A DNA stretch of 64,000 bases from Octopus sinensis (GCF_006345805.1 NC_043000.1:57908001-57972000), one strand, 5' to 3'; counted from the stretch's first letter, positions 25,073 to 39,696 are shown. Numbers and translations are program-made. The notes: generated from the sequence alone by a model not told the origin.

Positions 25073-26149
25073 GATCTGAGTGTAGGAAGTTGGTAAGCAC
25101 AACTGGCAGGTATAGAGAACAAAAAATAGATTGTACATGATAACATGCAATAATAATTTATTGGCATCCAGAGTTACACACATTTTCGAAGAAATTTGAT
25201 AAACTGATAGTTTCTACATGGCTCACAGTTAGCAACTAAAGTTGTTCCATTTGGATTGTGTGTGTGTATGTGTGTGTGTGTGTGTGTATGTGTGTATGTG
25301 TGTGTGTGTGTGTGTGTATGTATGTGTGCACATGTGTACATGTGAGTGTTTGTATCTCCTCTCCTTGTCTTGACATTGTGTTATTTGTTGTAAATGTGTG
25401 ACACTGTCATACAAGTGGTGTCATTCATTTCCAAGGCTGTGTCCCAGCATGGCTGCAGTCCAATGACTGAAACACGTAAGAGATATAAGGTTTTTTGACC
25501 CACACTTTAAGATCAGATTTCTTTAGTGGAGTTAGAAAAAGTACAGAGAGAGAGAGTGAGAGGTGGGGAGGATGAAAGAAAGAAGCAATGCCAAAGTTTT
25601 AAAGACAGCATCTTTTGAAGTGGTTACTGAACCATGTTAGTTAGTAAAAGACTGGTCAAAAACTGTGTTAATATACCCAAAAACTAAAAGAAGAGCTTGA
25701 TAAAATTAATTTATCAAATTCCTAATGAAACTGAAGCAGTAATCAAGTGTGTGGGATTTATATGTAGAAAAGATATTAATTGGTGAAAGAATAATCATTT
25801 TTTAATCAAAATAATTCCTTTTTAATCAAAATAATTTGTATCCAAGTAAAAAGAGGCAAAGTTAAATATGACTTTCTGCACAAAGTTAATGATATTAAAT
25901 GCAAGTAAAGTCAATTCACCTAATTTATAATCAGAAAAAAAATTGACTAACAGCTTCAACTCCAAGAATAAAGTAAGTGAATATAATGGAATTAATATAT
26001 CTGAAGATATCTTAAAATGGAAATATCATCACACATGAATAAAAAGAAAACGGAGACATACATCTAAACTGGAAATGATTCTTAATTGGTACTCTTCAAT
26101 ATTTTTTTTTTTAAGTATAAGAAATATTATGTGAGAGTGTGTTTTCATG

Positions 26150-26320
26150 TGAAACAAAGAGAAAGGGAGAAGGAAAGACAGTGATAGGAAAATAAAAGGA
26201 AGAGAGGAGAGGGAGAGACAAAGAAAAGGAAGAGAGAAGAGATGAGAGAGAAGGAAAGGAAGAGACAGAGCAACATGAAGAGAAAGAGAAAGTAAGAGAA
26301 TGAAGAGAGCGAAGAGAAGC
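26150..26320. repeat. Polypurine (GA-rich) low-complexity tract
   Basis: Direct inspection. Confidence 0.8.
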
Positions 26321-27725
26321 AGTATTTTTTTTTATTGTATTTTAGAAGCCAAACTCATTTCCTAAGTCTTGTATATTAGCTGATAGAAGGAGCCATCTAT
26401 CAGATAAATAAATCTCTTTCTCACTGTCATGTGGGAAGAGAGTAAGTAAAAGGCAATTTAATGTAGGTAATACAACTATCATCATCATCATTTTAATGTC
26501 ATCCATTCCATACTTGCATGGGTTAGATGAAGTTTCTTTGAGGAAGATTTTCTACCACCAGATATTCTTCCTGTAACCAACTCTCACCTGTTCCTAAGCA
26601 AGATAATATTTCCCTATGGCCAGACATTTTCTCATGAGATACTGGAAATGAATGACACTGCTTGCATGACAGTGACAATTATTTACAACTATCTTGTGAT
26701 GCCAAAATAAGGAAACACATACACACACACACACACATACACACACCCACACACAACATAGTGGTTCAATGAAATACACTGATAATACCAGACTTTAAAC
26801 CCTTCAAGGTTTAACTAAATCCTGGCATGGTTGCAGTCCAATGAATGAAGCAAATAAAAAATAAAAACAGTCTAAAACATTAAAATTTCAACATGAACAT
26901 TTGGGACCTCAAACAAAATCCAGACATAAGAATATGGAAACTCACTTCTTTCAGTTTCCATTTAGCAAATCCACTCTCAAGGATTTGGTTGTCCCAGAGC
27001 TGTAGCAAATGACACATGCCCAAGATGCCACACAGTGGTAATGAACTCAGAACTATGTGATGGGGAAGCAAGCTTCTTACTATACAATCATGTCTGTATG
27101 GCAAATGAAACAAAAAAGATATTAAATACTTTGAGCAAAATATCACATGCACTGCAGCAATCAACAGTTTGTACAGTCACAGATTAAAAAAAAGGGTAGG
27201 GATATTTTGAGGATTCATTAGATGTGGAATATTTTTGGTTCATTATGCATTGCAATTAGGGTTGTTATATCCATTAGTTAAATTTATTTTTCACTGTTTA
27301 GTCATGGAGGAGGAAAGGTAGCATCCAAGACATTTGAGTTTTTTCAGTGCTTCCAAGACTTGTTGAAGAAAGGGAGGAAATTATCTTCAAATCATATATT
27401 AGCCTGAATCCTTTGAAACAGTGAACTTTGCTAAAGGCACCTAAGGACCAGGTGGTTTTAAGTCTACCACCCAAGAACTCAGAACACAAAGAGCTGGAAC
27501 AAATACCATAAAGCGTCTGAGCCAACGCTAACAAATTCACCATTCCACTGCCCAGGACTGCTATTTCATTTTATTGATCCTGAAAGGATGAAAATAGGAG
27601 TCAAACCTGGAATGCAGAGAACTGGAATAAATACCACACACTCAAATAACAAAGATATAAATAAAATTATATCTTTTATCATTTACTTGTTTCAGTCATT
27701 TGACTGCAGCCATGTTGGAGCACGT

Positions 27726-27900
27726 CTTGGATGGCTTGACAAGAACTGGCAAGGCCAGGGCTGCATCAGGTTCCATATAGTCTGTTTTGGCTTGGTTTCT
27801 ACAGTTGGATGCTCTCCCTAACAACAACCACTTTACAGAGGGTACTGGGTGCTTTTTATGTAGAACTTGCACAAAAATCAATGTTTTTTATGTGGCACTT
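27726..27900 (-). mobile_element. RTE-tail fragment
   Basis: Reverse of the ...ggttg..gttaggaagggcatccagctgtagaaacc... terminal block. Confidence 0.65.
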
Positions 27901-28344
27901 TGGTTTTAGGATTTTAATACATTGCAATAAGTTTCACATTGTTTAAAATATTAGTTTATATTTCAGTTTCATACTGAAGACAACAGTTCACACTTGAATG
28001 AGTTATTTTTATAGATACTGTCTAACAATATTTATCAAAATATATCTTTCATCAAATAAATATTGTACAAGCATTCTATATTCATTGACTAACAAAATGT
28101 TAGTCATGCAAAAACACTTTAAATTAATGATTTTGTTTCTAATGTTTAATGAAGAATGTGCCTAAAGTTCTTTGATTTCAAGGCATCCCCATAATTTCTC
28201 ATGATTAACTAAAATGTTTCTTCATGAACACATTTCCTTTTTGTCTCCTCACTCTTAAGATAACATCAAGAGTGAACTCTTAAAAGTTAACTTAACCAAT
28301 AAGTTTGTTGTCTTAATGATATTGTTATCTTTTATCTTTCACAC

Positions 28345-28716
28345 ATCTTATTCATTGGACTGTAGCCATGCTGGGGCACTACCTTGAAGAGTTTAGCTGA
28401 ACAAATGGACCTCAGTATTTTTTTGTAAGCCTGGTACTTATTCTATTGGTCTCTTTTGCCAAGTTGCTAAATTATGGTGATATAAACAAACCAACGTTGA
28501 TTAAGTTTTGGTGGAGGTGGACAAAAAGAAGCAAACAGACACACACACACACGATGGGTTTTCAAACTGGTTCTGTCTACCAACTTCACTGACAAAGCAT
28601 AAGTCAGTCTGGGTCTTTAGTAAAAGATACTTGCCTAAGGTGCCATGCCAGGGACCAAACCTGTAGCCACATGGTTGCAAAACAAAGCTTCTTAACCACA
28701 CAGCCATACCTGTGCC
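28345..28716 (-). mobile_element. SINE family A, near-complete copy
   Basis: cattggactgtagccatgctggggcac...(CA)n...aagatacttgcctaaggtgccatgc...cttcttaaccacacagccatacctgtgcc. Confidence 0.8.
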
Positions 28717-29059
28717 TACGGCTAAATGAATTTCAGAATATGAGTAGCCAATTAATTGTATCAAAAGACATAAATTTAGAATATTAACCATTTAAAACCC
28801 TAATTTATAGAAGCTATAAGAAGCACGATGAAATGTTTCTTAAAAAATGAAAAAAAAAAAAAAAGAGATATGTGTTTAAGAAGTTCACTTTGCAATCACA
28901 AAGATCCTTGTTTGTATTTTGGGAAAGTATTTACTTTCATAGCATCAGGCCAATGTAACCCTTTTTTTTAAAAAAAGAGAGTTCCGAACAGAATAAGAAA
29001 CACCTTAGTGTAAGGGATTATAAAGAAGGAGAAATTAAGATGAAGGGAATGAAGTTACT

Positions 29060-29360
29060 TTAGACTTGAAAGAGTTCAGGTCATAAGAATGAGGAAAACA
29101 ATGAGATGGAAGAGAGTGTAGAAAGACTTCCTTATTCGTGGAAGCACAACAGCATTAGGAAGAAGACAATGTGAACTTCAAACTAGTGAGATGGCACAGA
29201 GTGTGATCTGGAGCTAAAGAGAGAAAGTTCATCAGAGCACTTCCTGTGGCAATAACGATAGAAAGGACTAAGAGTAAAATTTAGAAGGTGGAAATTGTGT
29301 AGAAGCCTGTTAGATGGACTATAACTGTGATATGTAGGCCTTACCTTGGCACAATAAGTC
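29060..29360 (-). mobile_element. Degenerate L2/CR1-like LINE 3' fragment
   Basis: Minus translation AKVRPT...LSPFYRYCHRKCSDELS matches the typical 'SLFYRYxHGxCSxEL' C-terminus. Confidence 0.55.
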
Positions 29361-30137
29361 ATATTAATTCTGCCTACAAATATATATATATATGTGTGTA
29401 GAATATTCAGTAGCTTACACTTTAAGTTTATTGAACAGCTTGAGTGCACATTCATTTAGATTAACAAACAAGTGAATGAAGAAGAAATGGAAGCATAAGA
29501 ATTAGAGATATATGAAATGAAAATTAAAAATACAACATGAAATGAAAATCTTTCAGACTATTTCTTCACTAAATATTAAAAAAACAAAAAAAAAAGCATG
29601 ATTTTTGTACAACTAACATTTCATTAATTGATAGATAGCTATACAGAATTTATCTAACCAAACACACACACATACATGCATGCACATATACACACAGTGA
29701 CACACTGATGGTCATTGTCAGACACATAAATGAAAATAAATCAGTCAGGTGTAAAATGTCATTAATATTAAACCAAAATAATAAGGTGGCAAGCTGGTAG
29801 AGTTGTTAGCATGCCAGGCAGAATGTTTAGCAGTATTTTGTCCATCTTTACATTCTGAGTTCAAATTCTGCCAAGGTCAACTTAATCTGTCATTCTTTCA
29901 GGCAAAAGAGGTATATATATATGTGTGTGTGTGTGTCAAAAACTTGTGTACTTTTAATTAATTACTGTAACTAAACATGGTACAGGAATAACTGAGTGGT
30001 TGAGAAGTCTTCTTTGCAACTACAGATGGTTTCAGGTTCAGTCCTACAGTGCAGCACCTTGGGCAAGTGACTTCTGCTGCAGCCCCAGGTCAATACCTTG
30101 TGAGAGGCTTAAGTAGATAGACATATGTGTGTGTGTG

Positions 30138-30178
<41 letters not shown>

Positions 30179-30199
30179 ATATTTATATGTGTGTGTGTG

Positions 30200-30342
30200 T
30201 TAGGAAGAGCATCCAGCTGTAGAAACTCTGCCAGATCAAGATTGGAGCCATCTGGTTCGCCAGTCCTCAGTCAAGTTGTCCAACTCATGCTAGCATGGAA
30301 AGCAGACGTTAAACGATGATGATGATGATGATGAAGATGATG
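30200..30342 (+). mobile_element. RTE-tail fragment inserted in the microsatellite of a family A SINE
   Basis: gttaggaagagcatccagctgtagaaac...catgctagcatggaaagcagacgttaaac(gat)n; SINE head at about 29980-30120 and SINE end at about 30360-30405. Confidence 0.8.
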
Positions 30343-31993
30343 AAGTGTTGAGGTTGTAAGGTGGTACCCCAGCAATGGTCACAGTTCAATGACTGAAACA
30401 AGAAAGAGTCTGGAATGTTTAAATTTGGGTACGAAACATTTGGGACTTCAAGCATAATCCAAAGTCAATAACATGGAGATAATTAAGCTACAATTTCTAA
30501 ATTTATCTTTTTTTCATTGATATTTCTACTTTTATTGTGTTTATTGAGTTATGTTTATATCTGATGTCTAGCTTTGTAATTGTATAATTTTAGATTTGAT
30601 CCTGTTAAAAAGAACCTTTGGTAAATAACTTTGGATCAACAAAAGATTTGTAAATAAAATTTGGTAGATGAAAACATTGTGCAAGCCTGTTGGATGTATA
30701 TACACATACACACATATATGTACATGCATTTGCATGTGTGTATCAGGAAGAGCTGGCTGAGTTGATGTTTCAAAGTAAAACATCTTGTTGCATTTGGCTT
30801 CCATCACTGACATGTCTTTTTCTAGTCAAGTCAGTTTTGCCTTTTGTTGTCATTATTATGGTAACATAAGTAGCTAAATATTGGAGGAGACATATAATTT
30901 TCTGAAAATCACAGTCCAAAGACTTAACTTAGTAAAAGAGTAAAAGAATGCATTTACATTACTGATAATTCAAATGTCTACCAGCAAAAGTAAAACATGA
31001 TTCTCCTTCAAATAAATAAGATTAAGACAATTTATTGTAACATTGAGTCCATTGGCAGTGTCTTCATGATTCTAGGTAGTGAAAAAATGTAGTCCCTATG
31101 TGGAATTTTCTATGACTTTTGATGTATCTCTACTATTTATAAATAATAAAGAGTTCAGTTGGTAATACCTGTAATCTATGACTCACAGCAATCTACCCTA
31201 CCAGTAACACATTTTGAAAGTAGGTAACTTTTACAGACAAAGAACAATGGCATAAATATAGTTTCAAATTTTGTTTTAATTTCATGTTAGATGCATCTTA
31301 ACTTAGAGAAACTGGAAAGTTGTATTTCTCAATAGCTAGGGCTAGTGTATGTATAGAAAACAGCTGCTGTTGCTTGCTGCTGTTACTAGAAGTTGTAATT
31401 GTTGTTATGTATTCAGTATAAGGGATGTTTGTTTACACAAAGTTTGAACTATTGTTACTTGTCATTCTCAAATATATCACTTCTCATCAATTACTATTGT
31501 TGCTGTTGTTGTTGTTACTATTCCTGGTATAGCTGAAAACCAATTTGAATTTTAGTTGAAGTCCTTTGCTTCACAAATCCTACCAATGACTAAGCAAATA
31601 TAAAGAGTAGCAGGCTCCACCTGTCTTTCCTTAAAACTTTCAGGATTCCTGGTTCTCACTTTAAGTCACTTTACCAGACAAGCTTTTGAAGTCTGCTGAG
31701 ACAAAAATTACAAGTTAAATAACTTTGCTAAGGATGCTATTAAATAGTAGTAATAGTAGTAGTTCATGTAGTTCTTTTCTTCCACTTCCTTCTTCAGCTT
31801 CTGTCCATGTATGCTAGACACAATGGCTTTCAAAGCTAATAACCCCTGGAGGTCACTGATCTTCACAGGAATATTATGAAGCTGGGGTGCATATCCTAAT
31901 CTACCCTTGAAGCACTAAGATGATTTATTTCAGACTCTCAGCAATAGTTTCTATCTTGAAAAAGCATAGGAGATACCATTACCAGAGGTTTAA

Positions 31994-32206
31994 CCCTTTA
32001 GCATTTAAACTGACCATATCCGGCCCAAATATTCTATTTGTTTTGTGTTGAAACCAGGCCCTGCCTTTGCACCTACCTACAATGTCATTCTAAACATAAA
32101 CAATAACATTTTCAAAATCTTGAAGCAATAAGATTCTACATGATTAATTTTTAAAATGTGGATAAATAAACATTACATTTGATAACTTAATTGGAATGCC
32201 AAAGGG
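31994..32206. mobile_element. piggyBac-type MITE (family 2), opposite orientation to 60675-60891
   Basis: TTAA|CCCTTTAGCATT ... AATGCCAAAGGG|TTAA. Confidence 0.88.
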
Positions 32207-34242
32207 TTAATTTGTCCTCAGTACTTGTAAGTTACTTTATTTTACTAACTCTGGAAGGATGAAAAGTGAAGTTGATCTCAGTGGGTTTGGAATTCAGAAT
32301 GTAAAGAGACAGGACCAAATACCTCAAAGTACTCTGTCAGATGATCTAAGAATTCAGCCAATTCACTGCCTATGGTGGTTCTTTAGAAGGTCATATTTAT
32401 GTCTTGGAATTAAGAAAGAAATCCCAGTTTTGTCAATGCAGTCACCTCAGATATCTACAATGTGCTGGGCTGTTACTGCAGTGCTCAGCATATGAAAGAT
32501 AAATCTATAACAGGTAATTTTTCTCACAATAGAAGCTGATCTCAGTACTGCTATTTACAACAGTGAATTATTTCACTTTGCAGTACCTGCTTATAGCAAG
32601 GTTGACTTGCCCATTAAGCAATTGTGTATGAAACAAATACAGTCCATACTGTGTGAACTGCATTGGTTTCGAACACAATCACTTAATGGGCTAGTTTTAG
32701 TGACAAGATTAGAACTGTTGACCTCTCAATAAGCTGTCTGGTACATGAATGATCCAGCCATCTGCACTTTCAATCTACATTGCCAAGTTACTAGGGGAAT
32801 ACGTTGATAAGACAATTATACACAAATTTACATTGTCAACATAATTACTTGATAACTGGAAATTTTCATTCAGTAAATTGTCAAATACATAAAACAAAGA
32901 AAAAGTTATGAAAGAAAAAACAAACAAAAACAAGATAAATAGTAAAGGAAGAGAAAAATAACCGCCAAATTTCCACAGAACTTATTTCACCAAGTGAGCC
33001 AAGAAACAAATATAAATGTAATTGTTAGCATTAAATATGTTTCCATTGATTTAATATGCCGCACAGTTTCTGTCAGCTGAAAATAACATTCCTCCAAACA
33101 GCTAATAATCAATTTCCAACTTTCTTTTCAAATAGTGCATGGGCTGGTTAAATATCTAAGCCAGTATAAATCCAATAGAAGATCAATAAACTTACCAATA
33201 AATAGTTAACTGCTCAGCTGCCAAGGGTATGGAAAAAAACTAAGTCAATAGCACATAATAGACATCAATATGTAACTGATTGCTGGTTGCTAAATTGTTA
33301 GAAATTCTCTCTCCCTTTCTCTCTCTCTCTCTCTCCACACACACACACACACATCTCAATTCAACTATCAGAGTATGATAAATAGATATTCAATTGTGTG
33401 CCCAATTAACTACTCAACTTCATAAGATATATATACAAATATAGCCTATAACACATCCCCACCCGACTAGTTATTCAGATCTATAAGATTTGTATTGTCA
33501 GTCTAAACTATTAGAAAAAGAAGTTCATGAATTTGGATAAGTTTGTATGCTGTGGGGGAAAAAAGAAATGTGACATTTCAACTGAAAAATTTCGAAATTT
33601 CTTTCCTTTCAGAGAAAGAAACAGCATTGGAACATCAGATTCCTTTTCTCTCCATACCAAACAAACTTACCCAAATTTATGAACATCACTGTCAAATTTT
33701 GGCCAACACAAACCAGCACCTGTTTCAGATTCCATTCTTTATATGTTAAACTATTAAAACTAAGCTATTATTGTACAAGTACTAAGAAAGTTTGGGAAAC
33801 AGAAAAATTCTGAACAATAAAATATCCGTAATATATGGTTGGTTGTTCAGCTTGATAAGATATAGAAATTCTAGAACTGAGGGTGGTTTTTTTTATTATT
33901 AGGTCTGCAGTTTGATTTCATAGTGCTAATGGTACAGAAAGTAGAAGTTATAAAATAAGGTTGTGATTAGTAGATTATTTTTCATTTAAATTTTGCTATT
34001 TCTCAGCTAGTGGAAGAATGCAGTAAACTTTATATGAGCTGAAGGTACAAGAAAAAAATGCTGTGCAAAACAGAAAGTTCAATTAATTTAAGTGATGAAC
34101 ATATTGACACAAGCATGGCTGTGTGTGTTAAAGCAGTCAAGTCTGATCTCTTTGCCTGAAATCTTGTGCAAGCATTATTTTACCACAAAACCAGGTTGAC
34201 TATAAGCTTGTGAATTGAAGTTAGTGGATGAAAACTGTGCAG

Positions 34243-34497
<255 letters not shown>

Positions 34498-35732
34498 TTT
34501 GCATGTCATTCAATGTTTTTAGCAAAGTGTATAACCATTGTCAAGAAAACTATATAAATACGTCTATAAATAATGTGAGTAAATTTCGATATTGCCTTAG
34601 ATAAAAGAGGGATTCTAAGTGTCAATGCTTAGGTATAGTTTCATAGCAAAATATGAATGAGAAATAATTCTCTCAATGGAGAGGACATCAACCAGTCATA
34701 GCTAAGATTATCAGATGAATTGGTACTTGTTTTCAACAATTGCGTGAAATGAAGTAATGCTTTGTTTTCAAGTCAAATGTTTGGCTCATGCAGCATATTC
34801 AAGCTCTTGATTCACAAGAAGTAGTTGAAGACCTGATCAACACACAACAGATATTAAACCTACTTTTGTCATAGTAAGGATTTGTGGAATAGATAAAGAC
34901 TACAAAATTTCATGAAGATGAATAGTTGATTAGATTAATGCAGTACACCACTCTGGAGAAATGAATGAAAGTGACTTTGATTGGATTTGAACTCAAACCA
35001 CAGATGGTTCAAAGTAAAAATAATACATAGTCTGATTTTCTACTCATTCTGCTACTGTTCTTTCCACAGTAATAAACAAACTAGTCTGGCCAACATATCA
35101 ATGAATTCATTGATGCTAAGAAGTATTTGTAAACAAGGAATCAGAAAACAAAATATGCAGCATTTCTCCTACATGTGATGATATACTTGTAGACATGAAC
35201 TGAACTGTTCACTATTAAGCAATACAACTATAAATATTTAAAATTAAAGTCTTGTTCCCCCTTCTCTCACTTCCCCCACTTCTGCTTCCGCAAGTTTATC
35301 TTCTTTTCCTTCTTGATTCTGCTTCTTTTTCTTTTTGTGCTTGTCAATATGTTGAAGGGATAAGGAGGAGGTTGCAGTGACAGAGATGCTGTTGATGATT
35401 CGGTTTCTTCAAAGTTATTTTTTTGCCTACTTCTGTTCTAAATAATATTTATCATTTCATGTTTAAAAAAAAAATGAATAAATAAAATTCCAAATAGCAT
35501 TGCAAAGGGGAGTAGAATGTTTGATTTAACAGGAGTAAAATATCATATTTGAAAATGTATGCTTTGTGGAAAATCACGGCACTAACAACACTATGTAGCA
35601 TCCCACCAAGAAGATGTTAACAACAAGATAATTTGGTACCTCTCACTGACAATATGCTAACATACTGATAAAACTACAAGTTGACCCTTTCATGAGCAAT
35701 TTCTTATTTTCAAACTTTTTTCCTTTGCTTTG

Positions 35733-35763
<31 letters not shown>

Positions 35764-37109
35764 CTGTGTAAAAATACTGGCTGCCAAAGATTTTACGCTG
35801 AACCTTTTATTCAGACTTCATGTCTATATATGTTTAGAAATATTATGAAAAAAGAATTTGAATAAACATTTCCAATTTCCATACAAAAATGGAAGCAAGT
35901 AAAATGTAGTTCGTATGAAACAGAGAAGAGAAAAAAAATTTTAAACCCCCCATGGAGTCAAGACTTATGTAAGTAATAGATCAGAGATATTTTTAAAAAG
36001 CACCTGTTATAAAATTAGAAAACCTCATCATGAGACAAAATTCACACATATGCACAGACATGTGAAATTGCTTCATATTAAGATTTTTTCATCTTGACTC
36101 TACTATGTCTCTTCTATCTTTCCTCTTTTTCAGCCTTAATTTTTTCTCCTCACATTCACCTTTCCCTTCCCCATTATGTTCTTCCTCCAATATTGATGAT
36201 ATATCAATCTTTCCTTAATTCTACATAACATATTTGTTCTTCCTCAATTTTCAACAATATACACCCACCCCACCACCAACATCTCCAAAATAACATTTGA
36301 GTCAATGAAGGAGGCATAACTCACATCTATTAAGAGTTTATCACCTTAACAGAAGCATTTATACATAAATTTTTCCATAGTATTTCTAAACACATTGAGA
36401 TACTGGATCTGAATGAGTGTTTAGCCTGAAACTTTTGATAGCCTGGTATTTTTACTCATATTGCATTACAAATATAAATACATTACTCCATGATTTTGCA
36501 CTGAATGTTGTATTTTTGGTATCATATATCAAATATTATACTAAAAACACTCACATACACTTTTTGATGCACAAATAGGAGAAAGAGCATTCAATACATA
36601 TAGGGTTTATTCATTTGAAGTTGGTGATTCATTCTGTAGTGAGAAGTGAATCATCAGCTTCAATAAATATAAATATAAGTTAGTTATTTTAATATCTAAT
36701 TGATAATCATTGATTTAGCCATAAGCTTGCTTTTGATTTTCTTTTTCTACAGATTAGTCAAGAGACAAAGGGCAAAAGCCCAGAGAATGTGAGGAAGGAG
36801 GGAAGAGACAAACACAGTTTCTGGGTAGGAACAAAGTAAACATATTTATGTAGTAGCAGCATTGTAAAATTGATGAGAGTATAGTTGGCCTACAGTGCTA
36901 AGTCAATTCTGTTCATAGAACAAGTTGTCTGCAGTAAACTGATAACTTACTCATGGAATGATTCTTCTATCATATTCTTAATACTGCAGAAACAAGGAAA
37001 GCCTTGTAAGTTAACTGTGGAGGTTCATAAAAGGGTAATCTACATATCCTAATGAGAAAAAAAAAAGCACAATATTTAGTATTGTTATTATTGTTATTAT
37101 TATTAGTAA

Positions 37110-37330
37110 CTGTAAGCAGTAATCTGACAGAATCATTAGTGCACCAACAAAATACTTAGCAGTCTTTCATCCATCATTATGTTCTTCTTTCAACTTTTGC
37201 TGAGGTCGACTTTGCCTTTCATCCTTTTGGGGTTGATAAAATAAATACCAGTCAAGCACCAGGGTTGATGTAATTGACTGACCCCCTAACCCAATAATTA
37301 CTGGCCTTTTGTTAAAATTTCAAACCATTA
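37110..37330 (+). mobile_element. SINE family B
   Basis: gacagaatcattagtgcacc...gctgaggtcgactttgcctttcatccttttggggttgataaa. Confidence 0.8.
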
Positions 37331-38171
37331 TTATTATTACCTGATGAACTCAAATCCCACCAAAGTCAACTTCACGTTTTGTATCAATAAAATACCAGTT
37401 GAGCATTGGGGTTCGATATAAAGGATTAGCCTCTTCACACAAAATTTCAGACTTTGTTCCTATAGCTGAAAGGATTATCATTATTACTAGCATGTTACCT
37501 CTCATACGAAGGTAACTCTGGAAGTATATTTTTGCCACTATGAGTAATATTAAGGAAATAAGGCACAAATAAAATGATTATGATTTAACTTTTACTGAAT
37601 TTCTTGGTGTTTATACAAAATGATGAAATAAATACTAATTTTCAAAAGAAAAATATATTTATTACTTTAAAATGAAATCAAGTAAAACACATTTCTGATT
37701 TGTATATTTACAATGAAGACATGTAATTATTTTTTAAAATTTTGTCAACACAATTGCAATCTACTCCATTGAAAACCTATTTTTGCAAAATTTGAATTCT
37801 TTCCATAATTCTTTCTGTCTCTATGGTTCTTTCTCTCTGTGTGTGCGTGTGTGTAGTATTCCTTTACTCATTGTCTGCTGATAAATCTATCATTTGCATA
37901 CATTCTGCATCTCTTATGTCAACTCGGTCTATATCTCTCTTTTAGTCTCTCTGCTCCTCTCTCTATATAATGTAAAGCATGATGGGAGAAATCAACCTAC
38001 CAACATTTATATCAGTTATTACTATATAGAGATTATTATTATTATTCTTTCATTTTTTATCTTTTACTCGTTTCAGTCATTTGATTGTGGCCATGCTGGG
38101 GCACCACCTCGAAGGGTTTTAGTTGAACAAATGAACCCTAGGACATAATTTACTGTAACCTAGTACTTATT

Positions 38172-38928
38172 TTTCATGCATGCACATTGATAGTTTTTGA
38201 TTTTGATAGTAGGGTCAGTTAGGTGCCAACTGTGAGAAAAACAGCACCATGATGAAATTCACTCTGACAGAAATTTGGAAATGACAAGCTGTACTGCTTG
38301 GCATTCACACCGGAAGCTCCAATATGAATATTTCAGAGTGTTTGGGTATCAATCTGAGGATAGTGCAGAGGATTCAGAAAGAGTTGGATGAGTCTAATGG
38401 TGATTACAAAGATACAGCAGCTCGGAAAACTCACTCTGATTATTCTGAGAAAAAAACTCCTGAATTTGTTTGTGAGATCCAGGCCATGATTGACAACGAT
38501 CCCTCCAGGTCCATTGCCAGGAACATAGGAGAACCCAGTCATGGCTCTCAGACAATTGATGTAACCACATCACGCCTAATATCTGGCTAACTAATTCCCC
38601 AGGTTGCAATCCCCTTGATTATTATGTGTGGGGTGCAGTTGAGTGAGAGACCAAACAAAACTCCTTGTAACCCCAAAGATGAACTGAAGGCAAGGATTAT
38701 GTCAGCAGTCATCAGCTTAAACAAGGAAACTGTCCAGAAGAGTTGCAGGAGATTCTGAAGTTGCCTGGAGGCCGTGGTTGAAGCCAATGGCGATTTTATT
38801 GAATAAATTTACCCTTTAGTATTTCAAGATATTTTTATGTTATTTTAGTAAATATATCTATTAAAATGAGATGTCAGTGTTATTTTCACTTTTTGCATAA
38901 TTTAGATGACAATTTATTCACTGCACCT

Positions 38929-38930
<2 letters not shown>
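38172..38930 (+). mobile_element. Tc1/mariner-superfamily relic, internally deleted, with right end
   Basis: N-terminal ISECLGINLRIVQRIQKEL; C-terminal WLTNSPGCNPLDYYVWGAVE (SPDLNP motif) and LEAVVEANGDFIE*; ends ...ttattcactgcaccttg|TA. Confidence 0.85.

Positions 38931-39022
<92 letters not shown>
38931..39022. repeat. Pure (TA)n microsatellite
   Basis: Direct inspection. Confidence 0.97.
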
Positions 39023-39026
<4 letters not shown>

Positions 39027-39651
39027 TATTAATTTCTGTAAGTAAATTTTTCTTAAGCGCCCTGTGATAATTGTTTACTTATACTTGAGTTTACTCCATC
39101 AGCATAGGTACCACCCTTTGGTAATCATGTTAGTATTTTCCCCATGCTAGCATGGAAAACGGACGCTAAACGTTGATGATGATGATGATGATAGTTCCTT
39201 GATAACTTCTTTTTTAAACATCTTGACCACCCCCTTCAAATTGCACCTATTTGTTAATAAACTGTAGTATTACCTACACAATTACTAGCTCACTCTTTTA
39301 CCTATGGGCTCTGTAGTCCCTTTATATGCTCTTAACATATTGGGCTTCTAGACTATTTGTCTAGGCCATGTTTTCTTTCCTTTTCCTTCTTCCCTTTGTT
39401 TATATTGTATGCTCTTGTTTTTTACTCTAATGAAGCTCTGTTGCCTTAATTTGTATGCCCTATGAAGATGAAGAACTTTATTCACACACTTATTTATAGA
39501 CACCATTTTGGTAACCGATCAGAAACAGCTGAAAGATATGTTGCATCATCTATTGTGTTATGTCATGTTTTGTATTAAAAAATAAGTTATAAATGTGGTC
39601 CAACCGATGTGTTTGTTAATCTGCGGTTTTCTCCATTTTCTAATTACTTGC

Positions 39652-39653
<2 letters not shown>
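39023..39653 (+). mobile_element. (TA)n-embedded Penelope-tail-like element with a short RTE tail nested at about 39140-39192
   Basis: Bounded by TA runs; CTAATGA at 39427-39433 and GAAACAGCTG at 39522-39531 resemble a decayed hammerhead core. Confidence 0.45.

Positions 39654-39696
<43 letters not shown>

Noticed and set aside
35271-35438. Minus-strand open frame (ETESSTASLSLQPPPYPF...KRKRSRIKKEKK) with a GTGAGA donor
   Set aside because: Weak acceptor, low-complexity purine-rich composition and no recognisable homology
36753-36824. Plus-strand exon-like segment (ISQETKGKSPENVRKEGRDKHSFW) after a strong acceptor; similar plus candidates at about 12300 and 51259
   Set aside because: Donors are mediocre, no homology is recognised, and such matches are expected by chance in 64 kb of AT-rich DNA; cannot be excluded without RNA data
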